A stretch of DNA of 63,558 bases, the filler included, from Folioceros fuciformis (lineage: Eukaryota), in NCBI GenBank assembly GCA_049999805.1. It is 18 parts of 18 records of this genome, joined end to end, with 100 filler letters (N's around TTAATTAATTAA, not from the genome) between each part and the next. Parts side by side here need not be neighbours in the genome. Positions count along the whole stretch, not along the records: positions 1 to 3,864 come from JBNGIO010006739.1; positions 3,965 to 6,101 come from JBNGIO010006740.1; positions 6,202 to 8,673 come from JBNGIO010006741.1; positions 8,774 to 10,031 come from JBNGIO010006742.1; positions 10,132 to 11,163 come from JBNGIO010006743.1; 13 more parts are not named here. One strand, written 5' to 3'. Positions within the stretch are counted from its first letter, which is position 1. Each line of letters begins with the position of its first letter. This document shows positions 1 through 11,263 of this stretch, one piece after another. The translations under genes were made by a program, and so were the position numbers. The notes below the pieces were generated by a model. That model made no database searches and was not told the origin of the DNA. It saw only the letters and a list, made by a program, of their open reading frames with translations.

Positions 1-1161
1 AGGAAGCACTTGTCATGAAATTCCCAAATCGCCTGTGAGGGATGATGACAGCCCGCCCGGGGTCTCGGATACCGAGAGCACCATCACCACGGAGCGGGCG
101 GAGAGGACTCCTAAAGCGGCATCGGCTCCCTCGGCGCCGGGGAAGGCTGGCCTTACGCCCGCCAGCAGCGTGCACGAGCTCCTGGAGTGCCCTGTGTGCA
201 CCAATTCCATGTACCCGCCCATACATCAGGTCGGTGGTGAGGGTTTAGATGTGAATGTGGATGTGGATTTGCATGTGGATGGATGCTCATGTGCCGATAC
301 CGGATGTGAGACTCATGTGTGTTTTGTGTGCAGTGTCCCAATGGCCACACCCTGTGCTCGAGCTGCAAGTCGAGGGTGCACAACCGGTGCCCCACCTGCA
401 GATATGAGCTGGGGAACATTAGATGCCTGGCGTTGGAGAAGGTGGCAGAGTCTCTGGAGCTGCCTTGCAGGTATCAGAGTCTGGGATGCCCGGATATTTT
501 CCCCTACTACAGCAAGCTGAAGCATGAGGCACAGTGCACGTTCCGCCCGTATAATTGTCCCTACGCTGGATCCGAATGTTCCGTGACGGGGGACATTGCG
601 TCCCTGGTTGCGCATTTGAGGGATGAGCACAAGGTGGATATGCACAACGGCTGCACTTTCAATCATCGCTATGTCAAGTCCAATCCACAGGAGGTGGAAA
701 ATGCCACCTGGATGCTGACTGTGAGTAGCAAGCGAGCTGGGCATTGCCTTTGTCCCCTCTTGTGAAGTCCGTCTTGTCAGCTGTTGGTTTCCCTGCGGTT
801 GTCTGATGGTGGTGTGTCCCATCTCCCCTTTCGCACGCAGGTGTTCAACTGCTTCGGCCAGCATTTCTGTCTGCACTTTGAAGCCTTCCAGCTCGGCATG
901 GCTCCGGTCTACATGGCATTTTTACGGTTTATGGGCGATGACAATGAGGCAAAGAACTTCAGCTACAGCCTGGAGGTCGGAGCCAATGGCAGGAAGCTCA
1001 GTTGGCAGGGCGTGCCCAGGAGCATTCGAGACAGTCACAGGAAAGTCCGGGACAGCCATGACGGGCTCATTATTCAGAGAAACATGGCTCTCTTCTTCTC
1101 AGGTGGGGATCGGAAGGAGCTGAAGCTAAGGGTGACCGGACGCATATGGAAAGAGCAATAG
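1..1161 (+). CDS. SINAT: SINA/SINAT RING E3 ubiquitin ligase, 5'-truncated; exons <1-229, 334-720, 841-1161
   Basis: RING motif LLECPVCTNSMYPPIHQ|CPNGHTLCSSCKSRVHNRCPTC, SIAH zinc fingers and TRAF-like end ELKLRVTGRIWKEQ*; two phase-0 GT-AG introns at 230-333 and 721-840. Confidence 0.96.
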
Positions 1162-2270
1162 TAGGGCGGTGGCATGGACGCAAGAGCACAAGCCAGAAAG
1201 CAGCAGGTGCGACCATATCCGTACCAAGGCTCGCCAACCCACCCTTCATCTCATTTCTCGTCAGTTAGTGACGGAACCAGTGACTTGTTCTGCATGCAGC
1301 AATTGAGGTGAGGAGCGCGCATGCAATTGCTCTGTCTGTACACCGCGTTGTCGTCATTTCACCTTCCTTCCCTTCTCCTGGGCTGGGAGTCGAATGTGTA
1401 TACATATTTGTTAGGAAAGCTGCAGGTGGGGGGAGGGACGGAAGAGTTTCCACAGAAGTTGTTACTTGAATGTGTATCTTGCAGCGTACTTGTCGGGTCG
1501 ATAGGGGCATCTTCAGATTCACACACCCAAGAACACAATACAACAAAACAGGTGAAGCTTGCCCGCTTTACCACATGTCAGCAGTGGAATGGAATCGGAT
1601 GATCACAGGGCCAGAGCTGTGATTGAACCGGGGTAATAAACTTACCACGCTTTTTCTTCCCGCCTGTTTTGTGGTGGGAGAAGGAGCAGTCCTATTATTG
1701 TGCCGATCCTGGCGTTGCCTGCTATGCAGAGATGATAAAAAAGACTGACAAGGCGGGGGTCCACTCCTCTGCCGCTTCCAGAAACCGTCCACAAGCGATG
1801 CGGAAAGGGCAAAGGGTTGCGCTGGAAGGTGGCTGGATCTTGTCTGGTTCACGTGACCGGCGCTCCGCAAGAGCTGTGAGGTAGCTGGTGCCTACAGGGT
1901 ACGCAGGCCTGCGAATTCTATCTCGCGGAGAACGACTCCTCCTCTGTTTGTCCAATCTCTCCCATTGGCTCTCTATGGCTAGTGCCCAGTGCATACCATG
2001 CTGTTGTACCTGCATACAGCGTGTACAGACCACCTTGTTGACTCTCGTCTCCCGACCCCACCGTCCGTATTGAAATCTGGTCAAACGATTGTGTTTGCAT
2101 TTGTTCTGTTCTCTGTATCCTGATTGCTTTACAGTGCAAGAATCTGCAGAGGATGTATGTGACCCCCATTCGTTCTGTTATCTCAACACGGCCAATTTGG
2201 GTTTCGCGTCCTACACCTCACATTCTGGGCATGACCCATGTATATGTATAGAGTGATATGCCGGAAGATC

Positions 2271-3740
2271 CTACCGAAAAAGACGCAGTGGAATGGTCTC
2301 TGTCGCCACCTGCAGGAACAACAGATACGGAATCGGACTCAGCCAGTTGTTGTCCGTGCACTGGAGAAAGACACCCAAGTTGCTCTGAGGTGAGATGCCA
2401 GATGAACAGTGATCGTACCCATTGTCTGGTTAGCTGGACGTCGATCTGGGAAGCGTGTTTCGCAAGGGCAGAGTCGAATGTGACCACGATCGACATCTCG
2501 AACTCCAAGGAAAATGATCTGCAGTCGGTGGGAAGGGAGGGAAGGGGAGGGGAGCAAGGAAATCTTCCATTCAGACAAGTTTAAAATCAGAAACGAGGAC
2601 GAAATAAAACAACCAGTTCCAGGAGCTGGGTCATACCCTGCCGATAGGGTCGGACAAGTGAATAGTCGGGGCAGCACTATGTGGATCGGCATCACTAGGC
2701 CTCGACAGACATCCCCATCTGCAATCTGAGGCATGGACAACAATTTACAGGGGATGAGAGATGGATGCATGCATGCCACACTTGTGTAGCAGTGAAGTGT
2801 AGGCATGGGGAGAGCCTCACTTACTTGTGTGGTTTGAATCTCTGAGCTCTCTGTAGCCATCCGCTCACCGGCTGCAACAGACTCGATGCGGATAAGTTGG
2901 ATGTCGATAGATAGGATCGGCACCGCTGAATGTTCAATTCTTAGCTCTCCCGAAACAGGTTCTGTGAGCAGACACTGGGTGGCGATGCTGCCACTGATCC
3001 GAAACCCTCCTGTTCACATCAATTGATGCAGCATTCAGAATGCTTGCAACCTAGATTTCATGCTCGGGTCGAGTCCGTTACGAGGATGGAGCATGGTTGC
3101 CCACCTGCACGAATGGCTGGTAGGAGAGAGTGATGCTGAGTGTCCTGAGTGATGAAGAACGTCACAGGCTCTGATGGCATCGAGCGAGGCACCTTTTCTG
3201 CAGCCGAGGCAAAGGGCAGTGGAGCCATTAGGCAGGGAATATAGATAGATGTGAGACAAATGGCAGGGAAAAGATGAGTCCGATTATCCAACCTTTTCGC
3301 CCTTCGACAATAAACTCTGCACTTGCAGAAAGAGACTTCTGAAGATACCCCCTCAGCACGTCCGCTGTGATCGTATACTGGAAGATGAACAACCAAGGAT
3401 ATTGGCAGTTGGGACCAACTTGCAGGAATCTACGCACTACGTGCTCCTCGACAGCGAATGCACCATCACAAGCTGGCCTGCTGAGTTTCGAAATAGACCT
3501 GAATGTTCACGTAGGCACCGTGATATGTCTCATACAGGGTCTCAGCAATGGCACCCTTGGGCGGCTCCAACGAGATGTGAAAAGGGAGCTACGTTTCCAT
3601 CAAAATAGTCTCTCAGTAATCAAGGAACCACCTAACATGCGTGCTTACAGAACATCAGTGAGAAAGACTTCAAAGGATTTGGAACCTCCACTCTTCCGAC
3701 TGGTAACTTCCCGGCTGGAGTGATGTCAATAGTCTTGTTG
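2271..3740 (-). CDS. VPS26C: VPS26C/DSCR3 (retriever subunit, Vps26 family); multi-exon, 5' part lost in gap
   Basis: Spliced peptides LYETYHGAYVNIQ|YTITADVLRGYLQKSLS, ESSEIQTTQ|IADGDVCRGLVMPIHIVLPRLFTCPTL, and last exon 2309-2271 VATETIPLRLFR* match DSCR3 motifs. Confidence 0.9.
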
Positions 3741-3864
3741 CTGCAAACCCCAAAACAGTTTCCCAGAGGTTTCAGCGAAAGACATCTTTGTTCCACCAAT
3801 TTAATTTCACATGGACGAAGCATTTGCACTCACATGAGCTGAATAGGCTTCACGGAATTGTACA

Positions 3865-3964
3865 NNNNNNNNNNNNNNNNNNNNNNNNNNNNNNNNNNNN
3901 NNNNNNNNTTAATTAATTAANNNNNNNNNNNNNNNNNNNNNNNNNNNNNNNNNNNNNNNNNNNN
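3865..3964. other. Artificial scaffold spacer N44-TTAATTAATTAA-N44 (first of 17)
   Basis: Identical 100-nt spacers also start at 6102, 8674, 10032, 11164, 16595, 20965, 22167, 25946, 32202, 33527, 34855, 39521, 47064, 56851, 59378 and 62258; the core gives stop codons in all six frames. Confidence 0.98.
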
Positions 3965-4224
3965 ATTAAGAAAGGGGAAAGGATTAAGGTATAAGTATGC
4001 AATAAATGTCTAGGTTCTTGAAGCTTTTACTTTACATTTCACTTTGCTCTAAATTATGTGGAAGATTTGTATGATACATATCAACAAATAATCAATTTGG
4101 TTTTTCTTACTTTACACAAGCAAATTTTGACTGCAAGTTGAGCTCACAAAATACCTATTATTTTTACTTTATAAGTGATTTTGTGATTTCGATCCAGCAG
4201 AGGAGTATTGCTAACAACATCACG

Positions 4225-5181
4225 ATGACAAGAGTGAAAAGGCCTTCGCGTTTTGAGTTTCGAAGTGAGGAGTATGTGAATGCACCTTCATCTTTTGAGA
4301 TGCAAAGTGAGGAGTATGTGGAAGCAGCTTCTTGTTTTGAGATGCAAAGTGAGGAGTCTGTGGGAGCATCTTCATGTTTTGAGATTCGAAGTGAAGAGAA
4401 TGTGGAATCAGCTTCATGTTTCGAGGTTCAAGGCGAGGAAGATGTGAAAGCTCATTCGTTTGTTGAGATTCAATGCAAGAAGGGTTTGAAAGCACCCCAT
4501 CTAGTTAAGAATATGATAAGATTCGAAGAAAATGGAGTTGCTAATGAAGCTTTCGTAGAATACACACGATTATATTCAAGATGTGAGGAAGCCTACGCAA
4601 TGTACCAGACAAAGAAGGCAACAAGCTCAATAGCTTATGCAAAACATCAGCAGTTGCAGGTGACAACTTCTGTGGCCTACAAAGCATACAGAAAGTTGAA
4701 GGAGGTGACTTTGACAACTCGTGCAATGTCCAAAGAGTTGAAGACTTCGGCAACAAAATCACATACTACGCATGCGAGGGAGGAAAATTGCGCGCCATTG
4801 TTTAGATTTGCTATGTCGACATGTAAAGAGGTAAATGTGGCAGCTGGACTAGTTCGTGAAACACAAACAGTGATGAAGAAGACAACCTTGGCAGCTCTCG
4901 TAGCATATAAACATCTAAATAATGCAACTAAAGGAGCGAGTGAGAGATATAAAAGGGCGAAGGCGATGGACGAGGAGGCTTATGCTGAATACAAAAAGTT
5001 GGTTGCTGCTACCAAAGCTAGACTTGTAGTATTGAAAAGAGCCGCATGTCAGAGAGTTTGGGATGAAATCAATCGTGAAGAGGCACTGTTTGATGAGAAA
5101 AAAACTCACAAATTATGCAAAAAAATGGTGAGGGTAGTGCGAGCAGCTTTGTCTTCCACTAAGGCATGTTTTCAACCATAG
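4225..5181 (+). CDS. Hypothetical intronless protein with 14-aa tandem repeats and an Ala/Lys-rich helical region
   Basis: 318-codon ORF from ATG 4225 in AT-rich surroundings; six 42-nt repeats kept in frame; no recognisable domain. Confidence 0.55.
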   Translation: MTRVKRPSRFEFRSEEYVNAPSSFEMQSEEYVEAASCFEMQSEESVGASSCFEIRSEENVESASCFEVQGEEDVKAHSFVEIQCKKGLKAPHLVKNMIRFEENGVANEAFVEYTRLYSRCEEAYAMYQTKKATSSIAYAKHQQLQVTTSVAYKAYRKLKEVTLTTRAMSKELKTSATKSHTTHAREENCAPLFRFAMSTCKEVNVAAGLVRETQTVMKKTTLAALVAYKHLNNATKGASERYKRAKAMDEEAYAEYKKLVAATKARLVVLKRAACQRVWDEINREEALFDEKKTHKLCKKMVRVVRAALSSTKACFQP

Positions 5182-8100
5182 GAAACTAAAAGCTTTGCAG
5201 CAAATTCATTCCCATGGATGATACATCTATGTGAGTAAGACTAGCTTTCAAGACACTATACTTAGCACATGTTGCCGAAAGAATGTAAGAGGGGGCGCTC
5301 ATAAGCATGAACAAGTTCTCAATATTCCTTTTCTAGTACACATGTTGTTGTCCCTTATTGTAAGAGGTTGACCTAAATTTTATCCTTGAGAATAGGTTCA
5401 TAACGCATGTAGTGTTGAAATGTTAGTTCTACTTGATTATTGATTTAATAATTTTTAATTCAACACCATTTATGTAGATATGTATGTCCTAACTGAAAGT
5501 GAAGAATACATACGGCACATCATAAATGCAGTAACAGACGCAGACAAAACGGCATTGAAGAGGAGAGACGGAACTCCCAGTCCGGGCGTGACGGAATGTG
5601 ATGATGGTAGGAACGCCGGAACGGGGTTGTGGTGCTGCGTTTGCCACATAAGACGGTCTGTTAGGGTCGGGGGAAGCCCACATGATTGCTCCGCTTGTGT
5701 GGAACAACATCCTAAAAGCCAGAGACCCAGAGAGAGAGTCTGGAGAGAGGATACCTACTTTAACGTCGAGCATCCAGCGTTCCGGCGTCCCTGCGTCCCA
5801 GCGTCCGGCAGGAGTACGTACTGTACATATAGCCTGCTTGCAGAGTCCCGGGCATAGGTCGGGTTTGGACCCGGGAAAGCCTGGAGCGCGCACAGTTTGG
5901 GAGTTCGAATCGCGAATCAGAAATCGCGCGTGGGAGTCGCGAATCGCGAGACGCAACGCAGCAGCGGATGGGGGAGGCAGGGAACAAACAGATCCATACT
6001 CACACGATTCAATGGGAAAGAATTCGAGCGGAAAAGGACTGAGGTGGGAGTTCGACGACATGAGAGGAGGGAAAGGGAGCCCGCGACGTGACGCCGAAGA
6101 GNNNNNNNNNNNNNNNNNNNNNNNNNNNNNNNNNNNNNNNNNNNNTTAATTAATTAANNNNNNNNNNNNNNNNNNNNNNNNNNNNNNNNNNNNNNNNNNN
6201 NGGCTGGGGGCTGGGGCCTGGAGCCGTTCCGTGCCAGGAGCCTGGATCCTGGAGGTGTTCCTGGCAGTGCAGCCTCGAGTCAGGTCCCTAAACCGGGAAA
6301 CCCTAAAGACGTTGGTGCCTGCTCTGCGGTTTCACTTCCCCTGCGTGAAAAACCATGGACGAGAGCGAGCAAGACCTGCTCTGTTGTGTGTTGCGTTGTG
6401 GACCGAAAACAAGACGACAGGAAGCCAGGCTGGGCAAGGCAACATTCTCCCATCTTGTCTGTGCTGGTGGATGCAGGTACGATCTGGAGGCCCTGGCTCG
6501 TTAGCTCACGCACATGCGCGCAGGGGATCAGAGTCCCGGCTTCGTCTTGTAGCCTACATTAGTAGTGCATCTTCGGGTCCAGGCGTCCGTCTTCTCATGG
6601 TCCCCTGCCCGACCTTGTGCAGATTGTGCATGTATGTACAACAGGGCAGACCGTCCCAGCCAGTGCACCACGCAACGGCACTGCTGAACGGACATCCATC
6701 GCTTCCTTTCATTTCACACTCATGAAGCCTATACCATGGACATTCGAATCAAGAGCCGGTGCCAGCCAGCCAGGGCTAGGAGCGTGCGTGCAAAGATCGC
6801 GGCAGGCTGCAGGATGCTTCGAGGCAGTCGCGGTGCGGGCTGGAAGTGGCTTGGCGCGTGCGCAGACCTCAACACTGATGTGGTGCATTATGAATGAGGA
6901 GGTTGTCATGTGGCCCCATGATTGTGCTCTGACCATTCCCAGCTCCCGGACCCTCGTGGCTGGCCAGGGACCTTCCTTCTCCCAGCAGTGATGCGATGTG
7001 TGATGAGAGTCTGGGAGGTCGCGCCGTCGCCCACTGCAGCACTGCTGCAAGGAGGCAGCACGCAGCACCCGAGACCGCATCCTCTACTCTGTAATACTTT
7101 GACGACTTTGACGTGCACACAACGTCTCCAGGAAGCCTACGCTGCCACAGCGCTCGTCTACTCCCTCTGAGATTTCTACCTTTCCGTTCGTACATACCGT
7201 GGGATATATGTATCCATCTCTCCGCATTGCCGAGCATGGACCCACCCCGTACACACCTTACATGGGTCCTTGCTGTGGACGAAGGGGAAGCAACTGTGAC
7301 ACCGCTTACGTACTTTGTTGCGTTGAATCACTTCTTCTTCGAACTGACCTGTCCTCCATGCCCCACACCGAATGCAATGCACCGTGCGACGCGACGCTCG
7401 CGGGATGGGTTGGATGTGGCCCGTGGGTGTGGGGACGGGGACGGGGACGCCGGAACGAGCCAACACACATCCATAGTCCGTGACACAAAATCCCATCCCA
7501 ATCCATTGCCTGGAAGAACATATATCCGGCTCGGTTGTCGGTGTACAGCTTACAAGCACAGAAATGGGCATCGTTTTATATACACACAAGGCGTAGGCCA
7601 CGGAGTCGTTAATAGGAAACGGCGGTGAGCAGGTGGCCAGCTAGCCGTGCTAAGCTTTTTGGCGACAGAGAACTAAAAGGCCGGGCCTGTCTGCGGTAAT
7701 CACAGCCAGCATGATTCCGCATTCAATGCTGCTGCTTCCCCCTGCTAGCCTGCTGCCGTTGTTCTCGTGGAGCATTCCAATTCTCTCCAAGTGGATCCAG
7801 TTGCCAGCTCCAGGCCCCACACGAGCACTATGAGCACCCGTTTGGACGACCCCCGGGCCCCGGCCCACGCGTCCTGTCAGCATCTCTCAAACCTACGCCA
7901 CACGCAAACCACAAGCCAGCGCAAGCCCGCTAATCGAGTCGTCTCTTCTTCCCCAGACAAGCCCAGGTTGTGGGCGAAGATCCTCCACCCACTGCTCAAC
8001 TTGCGAGCCCTTGTTGTGCTACAACTTGTCTCAAGCAGGCCCTTTCTGAGGGCACCACGCACAACCATACAAACATATGTATGTACATTAACAAGAGAAG

Positions 8101-8859
8101 TATCTCGTCGTCCCTCCTGTTGTTGTTGTTGTTGTTGATGTTGATGTTGTTGTGTGCGTGAGCTTCACACCACATTTACTGAATTGAACGGAATTATTGG
8201 AAGGGTGGAAGCCAGTGGGCCATGAATGTGCACCAAGTTAGAGCGGTCTGTGCAAACTGGCGGCGGGCATGTGCCGCTCCCAGTTTGGAAGGCGCGGGTT
8301 TCGCCGGGGCTGCCCAGTTTCGCCGCACGAAACTTGGGTGAGTATGTATTACGGGACGAAATCCACACAAAGGCGGAGGCACAAGTTGAAGGCGAGACGT
8401 CGTAATCCGCCAGCCAGCAGCATCGACAGCGGCAGCTGCCGCTGCAGTGCAGGTGCAGCGGCAGGCTGTGCAGGGCCCATGTTATCCGCTTTACCCGATT
8501 TGGCGACGGGGTGGGAAGCAGCACGGGCCGGCTGCAGGCTGCCAACGCCCACGCATTTGCATTTTCTTCTCGCCTCCCGCCGGCAGATGCCAGTCTTCCA
8601 AATTAAAACACCAGCCCGACCCAGGCCGCTGCGAGTGAGGGAGGCGCGCCGACGCTATGGACGAGTTCTGCCGNNNNNNNNNNNNNNNNNNNNNNNNNNN
8701 NNNNNNNNNNNNNNNNNTTAATTAATTAANNNNNNNNNNNNNNNNNNNNNNNNNNNNNNNNNNNNNNNNNNNNAAACCTATCATTTCCCAGGGGTCTGTT
8801 CAGCATGTGGAGTCCACATACTCCCCTTCTCATTTGTTGGCGTCCTCGCCAACTACTGA

Positions 8860-10031
8860 TAATACTTCTTCACACGCCAGCCATTAACCCTGGTTGGTTA
8901 GTTGGGGCCGTTGAGGTGCTGCAATTGAACGGACCCGTTCTCATACACCTCTAGCACCTTGTAAGGTCCCATCCATCTCAAGTGTAGCTTACCTGGAAAG
9001 TGCATGTACCTATTGTCGTATAACAAGGCTAAATCTCCAAGCACAACATACTCCTGTTTACGCAACTTACGGTCATGCCACTTCTTCCTCCTCTCCTGAA
9101 CATCAAGGAAAACCGCCAAGGCCCGTTCCCTATCCTCATCATGCTGCACAAAACTGGTTAGCCTCTCCAGTTGGCTCTCCTCCACGGTCAATCGGTTGCT
9201 CTCCTGCATCCTCAAGGTAGGTACCTCAAATTCGATGGGCATGATCGGTGAGTGTCCATAGGTGAGGTAATAAGGGGTCTGCTGGGTAGTAACCTTCTCA
9301 GCAGTCCTGTATGCCCACAAGGCTGAGTGGAGTTTCCCATCCCAGTCATGAGCATAGGTGACGGTGAGTTTGCTGAGGATCTTGCACAACAGCCCATTAG
9401 CCTTCTCCGTGAGCCCATTGGCCTTAGGGTTGTAGGGAGTGGTCTTCCTATGACTGATATTGAAATATTCAGTCATGTGCTTGACTACTTCATTGATGAA
9501 GTGAGTCCCCCTATCACTGACCAGCTCCAACGGGCACCCATACCTCGTGATGATCTGCTCAAACAAAAATCTGGCCACCACATTTGCTGTGTCCACGGGC
9601 AAAGCTTGAGCCTCCACCATGCGTGTGCAGTAGTCGGTTGCCACCAGGATGTATTGGTTCTGCCTTCCCTTGGACTTGGGCTGAATTGGTCCTACAAAAT
9701 CAATCCCCCACTTCTCAAATGGCACTAGGGCTAGGATGGGGACCAATGGCCATTGTGTGGTCCTGGTAGGCTTCCCCACCCTTTGGCATGCATCACACCT
9801 CTTGATGAATTCTCCACCCTCAGCATACATTGCCAGCCACCAATACCCTGCTGCCAGAATTTTCTTGCAGGTCACATGGGCTGCATAATGACCCCCAGCC
9901 TCTCCGCCGTGTAAGGAGCTGATAACTTGCTCCACTTGGCCAGGTTTGACCCACAACCTCTCCGCGCCATCAGCCCCTGTGCGATACAGCCTGCCCTTGT
10001 ACTTAACCACTAGCCTTGTGAAGTACAAGAA
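8860..10031 (-). mobile_element. Ty3/gypsy (Athila/Tat-like) integrase fragment
   Basis: HHCC zinc motif (LHGGEAGGHY...RCDAC), DDE core (WGIDFVGP, SDRGTHF, NGLTEKAN), GPY motif (WMGPYKV); terminal VNGWRVKKYY lies just past a TAA at 8900-8898. Confidence 0.95.
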
Positions 10032-10131
10032 NNNNNNNNNNNNNNNNNNNNNNNNNNNNNNNNNNNNNNNNNNNNTTAATTAATTAANNNNNNNNNNNNN
10101 NNNNNNNNNNNNNNNNNNNNNNNNNNNNNNN

Positions 10132-11163
10132 CTCCCCATACAAGGGGTACGGCTGCTTGGTGGACATTGCAACAGCTGGTGTCGCCATGGTGCTTGCTCT
10201 CCCTCCTACAGTTGCAGCTCCAACCCTTGGAATTTGGCTGATGTTGCTGACTCCTTCAACCCCTGCACTCCTAAGCCCATGCACAAGCTCAGGTTGAGGA
10301 CCCAAGGGCAGACTCAAGTTAGGTTGGCCTAAATTAGGTCCCTCCCCCACAGCAAAAAGTTGGGGGTCTTGCTCCAACGTGACTGAATCCCCCATGGCCT
10401 GCTGATTGCTTGCCCCTCTCCCCTTCTTTGCTGGTGTATACCTTGGTCGTGCCCACCTCAGCTCCCTCTCTATTGCTCTTTGCCTACGCTCCAGTGCTTG
10501 CTGCTGCTCCCTTGCTTGAACTTGAGCTCCCCCTTCACAGCTGGAGCTGAACTCTTCAACTCCTATGCGGGGCATCCATCAGCCTTGCCACTCTCCCTGG
10601 TTCAGTCCACTATCCCGGTCAGTCTTGTCCAAACCTTGGCAGCACTATCACTCCCCGGCAACGGCGCCAAAATGTGGAGTGATTTCTTGCACCCAAGAAC
10701 CACCCAAGGGGCCACACATTCCCCTATTGTCGTTGTAGTCCTATGGTTCGCTCCCAAGGGAGTGAACTAGTGCCAAGGAACGCTACCTATCGCACTTCTA
10801 CCTATCAGCCGGTCTATAGGTCTGTCCATACACTCAAACAAAAGGGCTAGAAGCCTAGCCTACCCCCTAAGTCAGCTCACCCAACTCACACTCTTGTTCT
10901 TCAGCCCTCCAGCCCTTCTTGTTCCCCACTTCAGCCACTTTCTCCTTGACCTCAGCGCTTCAAGATTCCCACTTCAGTCCCTTCCTCTTCACTTCAGTCC
11001 CCACCCTCCACTTCAACACACACTCCTACTCTTCAGCAGCTCACTCTTCACTTCTATGCATCCCACTCCAACTCTTCCTCTCTTTTCTTCAGCTTTCCTC
11101 CCTGGAAATTAGGCACAATGGCTTCACTCCTTGCAGCCTTCAAGCATAGTGTGGATCTAGGAC
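10132..11163 (-). mobile_element. Athila-like retrotransposon 5' end: LTR (10673 to >11163), tRNA-Asp-type PBS (10669-10652), gag start (ATG 10575)
   Basis: Minus strand reads ...CCACA-TTT-TGGCGCCGTTGCCGGGGA, the Athila-type PBS directly after an LTR CA end, then an ORF open to the gap; same orientation as the neighbouring integrase contig. Confidence 0.85.
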
Positions 11164-11263
11164 NNNNNNNNNNNNNNNNNNNNNNNNNNNNNNNNNNNNN
11201 NNNNNNNTTAATTAATTAANNNNNNNNNNNNNNNNNNNNNNNNNNNNNNNNNNNNNNNNNNNN

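Noticed and set aside
3395-3402. ATATCCTT (U12 AT-AC donor consensus) on the minus strand in a VPS26C intron
   Set aside because: Lies about 20 nt from the 3' end of an ordinary GT-AG intron and is not needed for the reading frame.
3909-3920. TTAATTAATTAA palindrome recurring 17 times
   Set aside because: Always centred in a 100-nt N spacer, so it is an assembly linker; ORFs ending at it are artificially truncated.
6202-8673. Many overlapping 60-170-aa ORFs
   Set aside because: No recognisable motifs or consistent exon chain; looks like GC-rich intergenic DNA, with at most a gene start (ATG 8657) at the gap edge.
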